A DNA stretch of 64,000 nt from Dehalococcoidia bacterium (GTDB taxonomy: Bacteria > Chloroflexota > Dehalococcoidia > Lucifugimonadales > UBA3495), in the NCBI GenBank assembly GCA_965116565.1, contig OZ220699.1, positions 483,589 to 547,588 of the forward strand. The letters are read 5' to 3'. Shown piece after piece: positions 63,937 to 64,000 of the stretch. The notes beneath the pieces were generated by a model that saw only the letters and a program-made list of their open reading frames with translations, did not search any database and had not been told where the DNA came from. The position numbers and the translations under genes were made by a program. Positions within the stretch are counted from its first letter, which is position 1, and the number at the start of each line of letters is the position of its first letter.

Positions 63937-64000
63937 ATGAAAGGCTATGTGGTGAGGAGGATAGGCCTCTTCATTCCCACCATGCTTCTGACTACCGTAA
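63937..64000 (+). CDS. ABC permease (OppB/DppB-like), 3'-truncated by window edge
   Basis: MKGYVVRRIGLFIPTMLLTTV after GGAGGAG RBS. Confidence 0.75.
   Translation, partial: MKGYVVRRIGLFIPTMLLTTV

Overview
High-GC bacterial chromosomal segment. The gene repertoire (two LLM flavin monooxygenases, family-5 ABC binding lipoprotein with VEKEVVKEV repeats, orphan aprBA, monoderm-type RND) suggests Chloroflexota/Dehalococcoidia, SAR202-like; this is an inference. Core and metabolic genes include the end of a cytochrome c maturation cluster, ROK kinase, SDR, oppDF, amidase, tRNA-Lys(CTT), tRNA-Leu(TAG), a histidine kinase, two MFS, lepA, an RND pump, aprBA, hydantoinase-like and metB-like enzymes, a GMC oxidoreductase and UDG. 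Between them sit many one- or two-gene accessory cassettes with no integrase in the window: higBA, DUF433, HEPN-type genes, PaREP1-like genes, two Schlafen/AlbA_2-ATPase paralogs, a type II RM pair, an ABC-ATPase+TOPRIM pair and retropepsin modules. Several REP-like palindrome families and a RAYT remnant are also present. Best observations: (1) two ORF-track entries join through an in-frame UGA into one ~573-aa UxxC selenoprotein with a SECIS-like hairpin; (2) cassettes flanked by copies of the upstream gene's 3' end; (3) a REP element read in frame inside the GMC enzyme; (4) a divergent ribosomal protein S20-like ORF; (5) AprB lacking the conserved Trp48; (6) a PaREP1 pair with His-less and His-retaining domains. 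No CRISPR array, rRNA or intact transposase was found. All family calls come from motif recognition without database searches.
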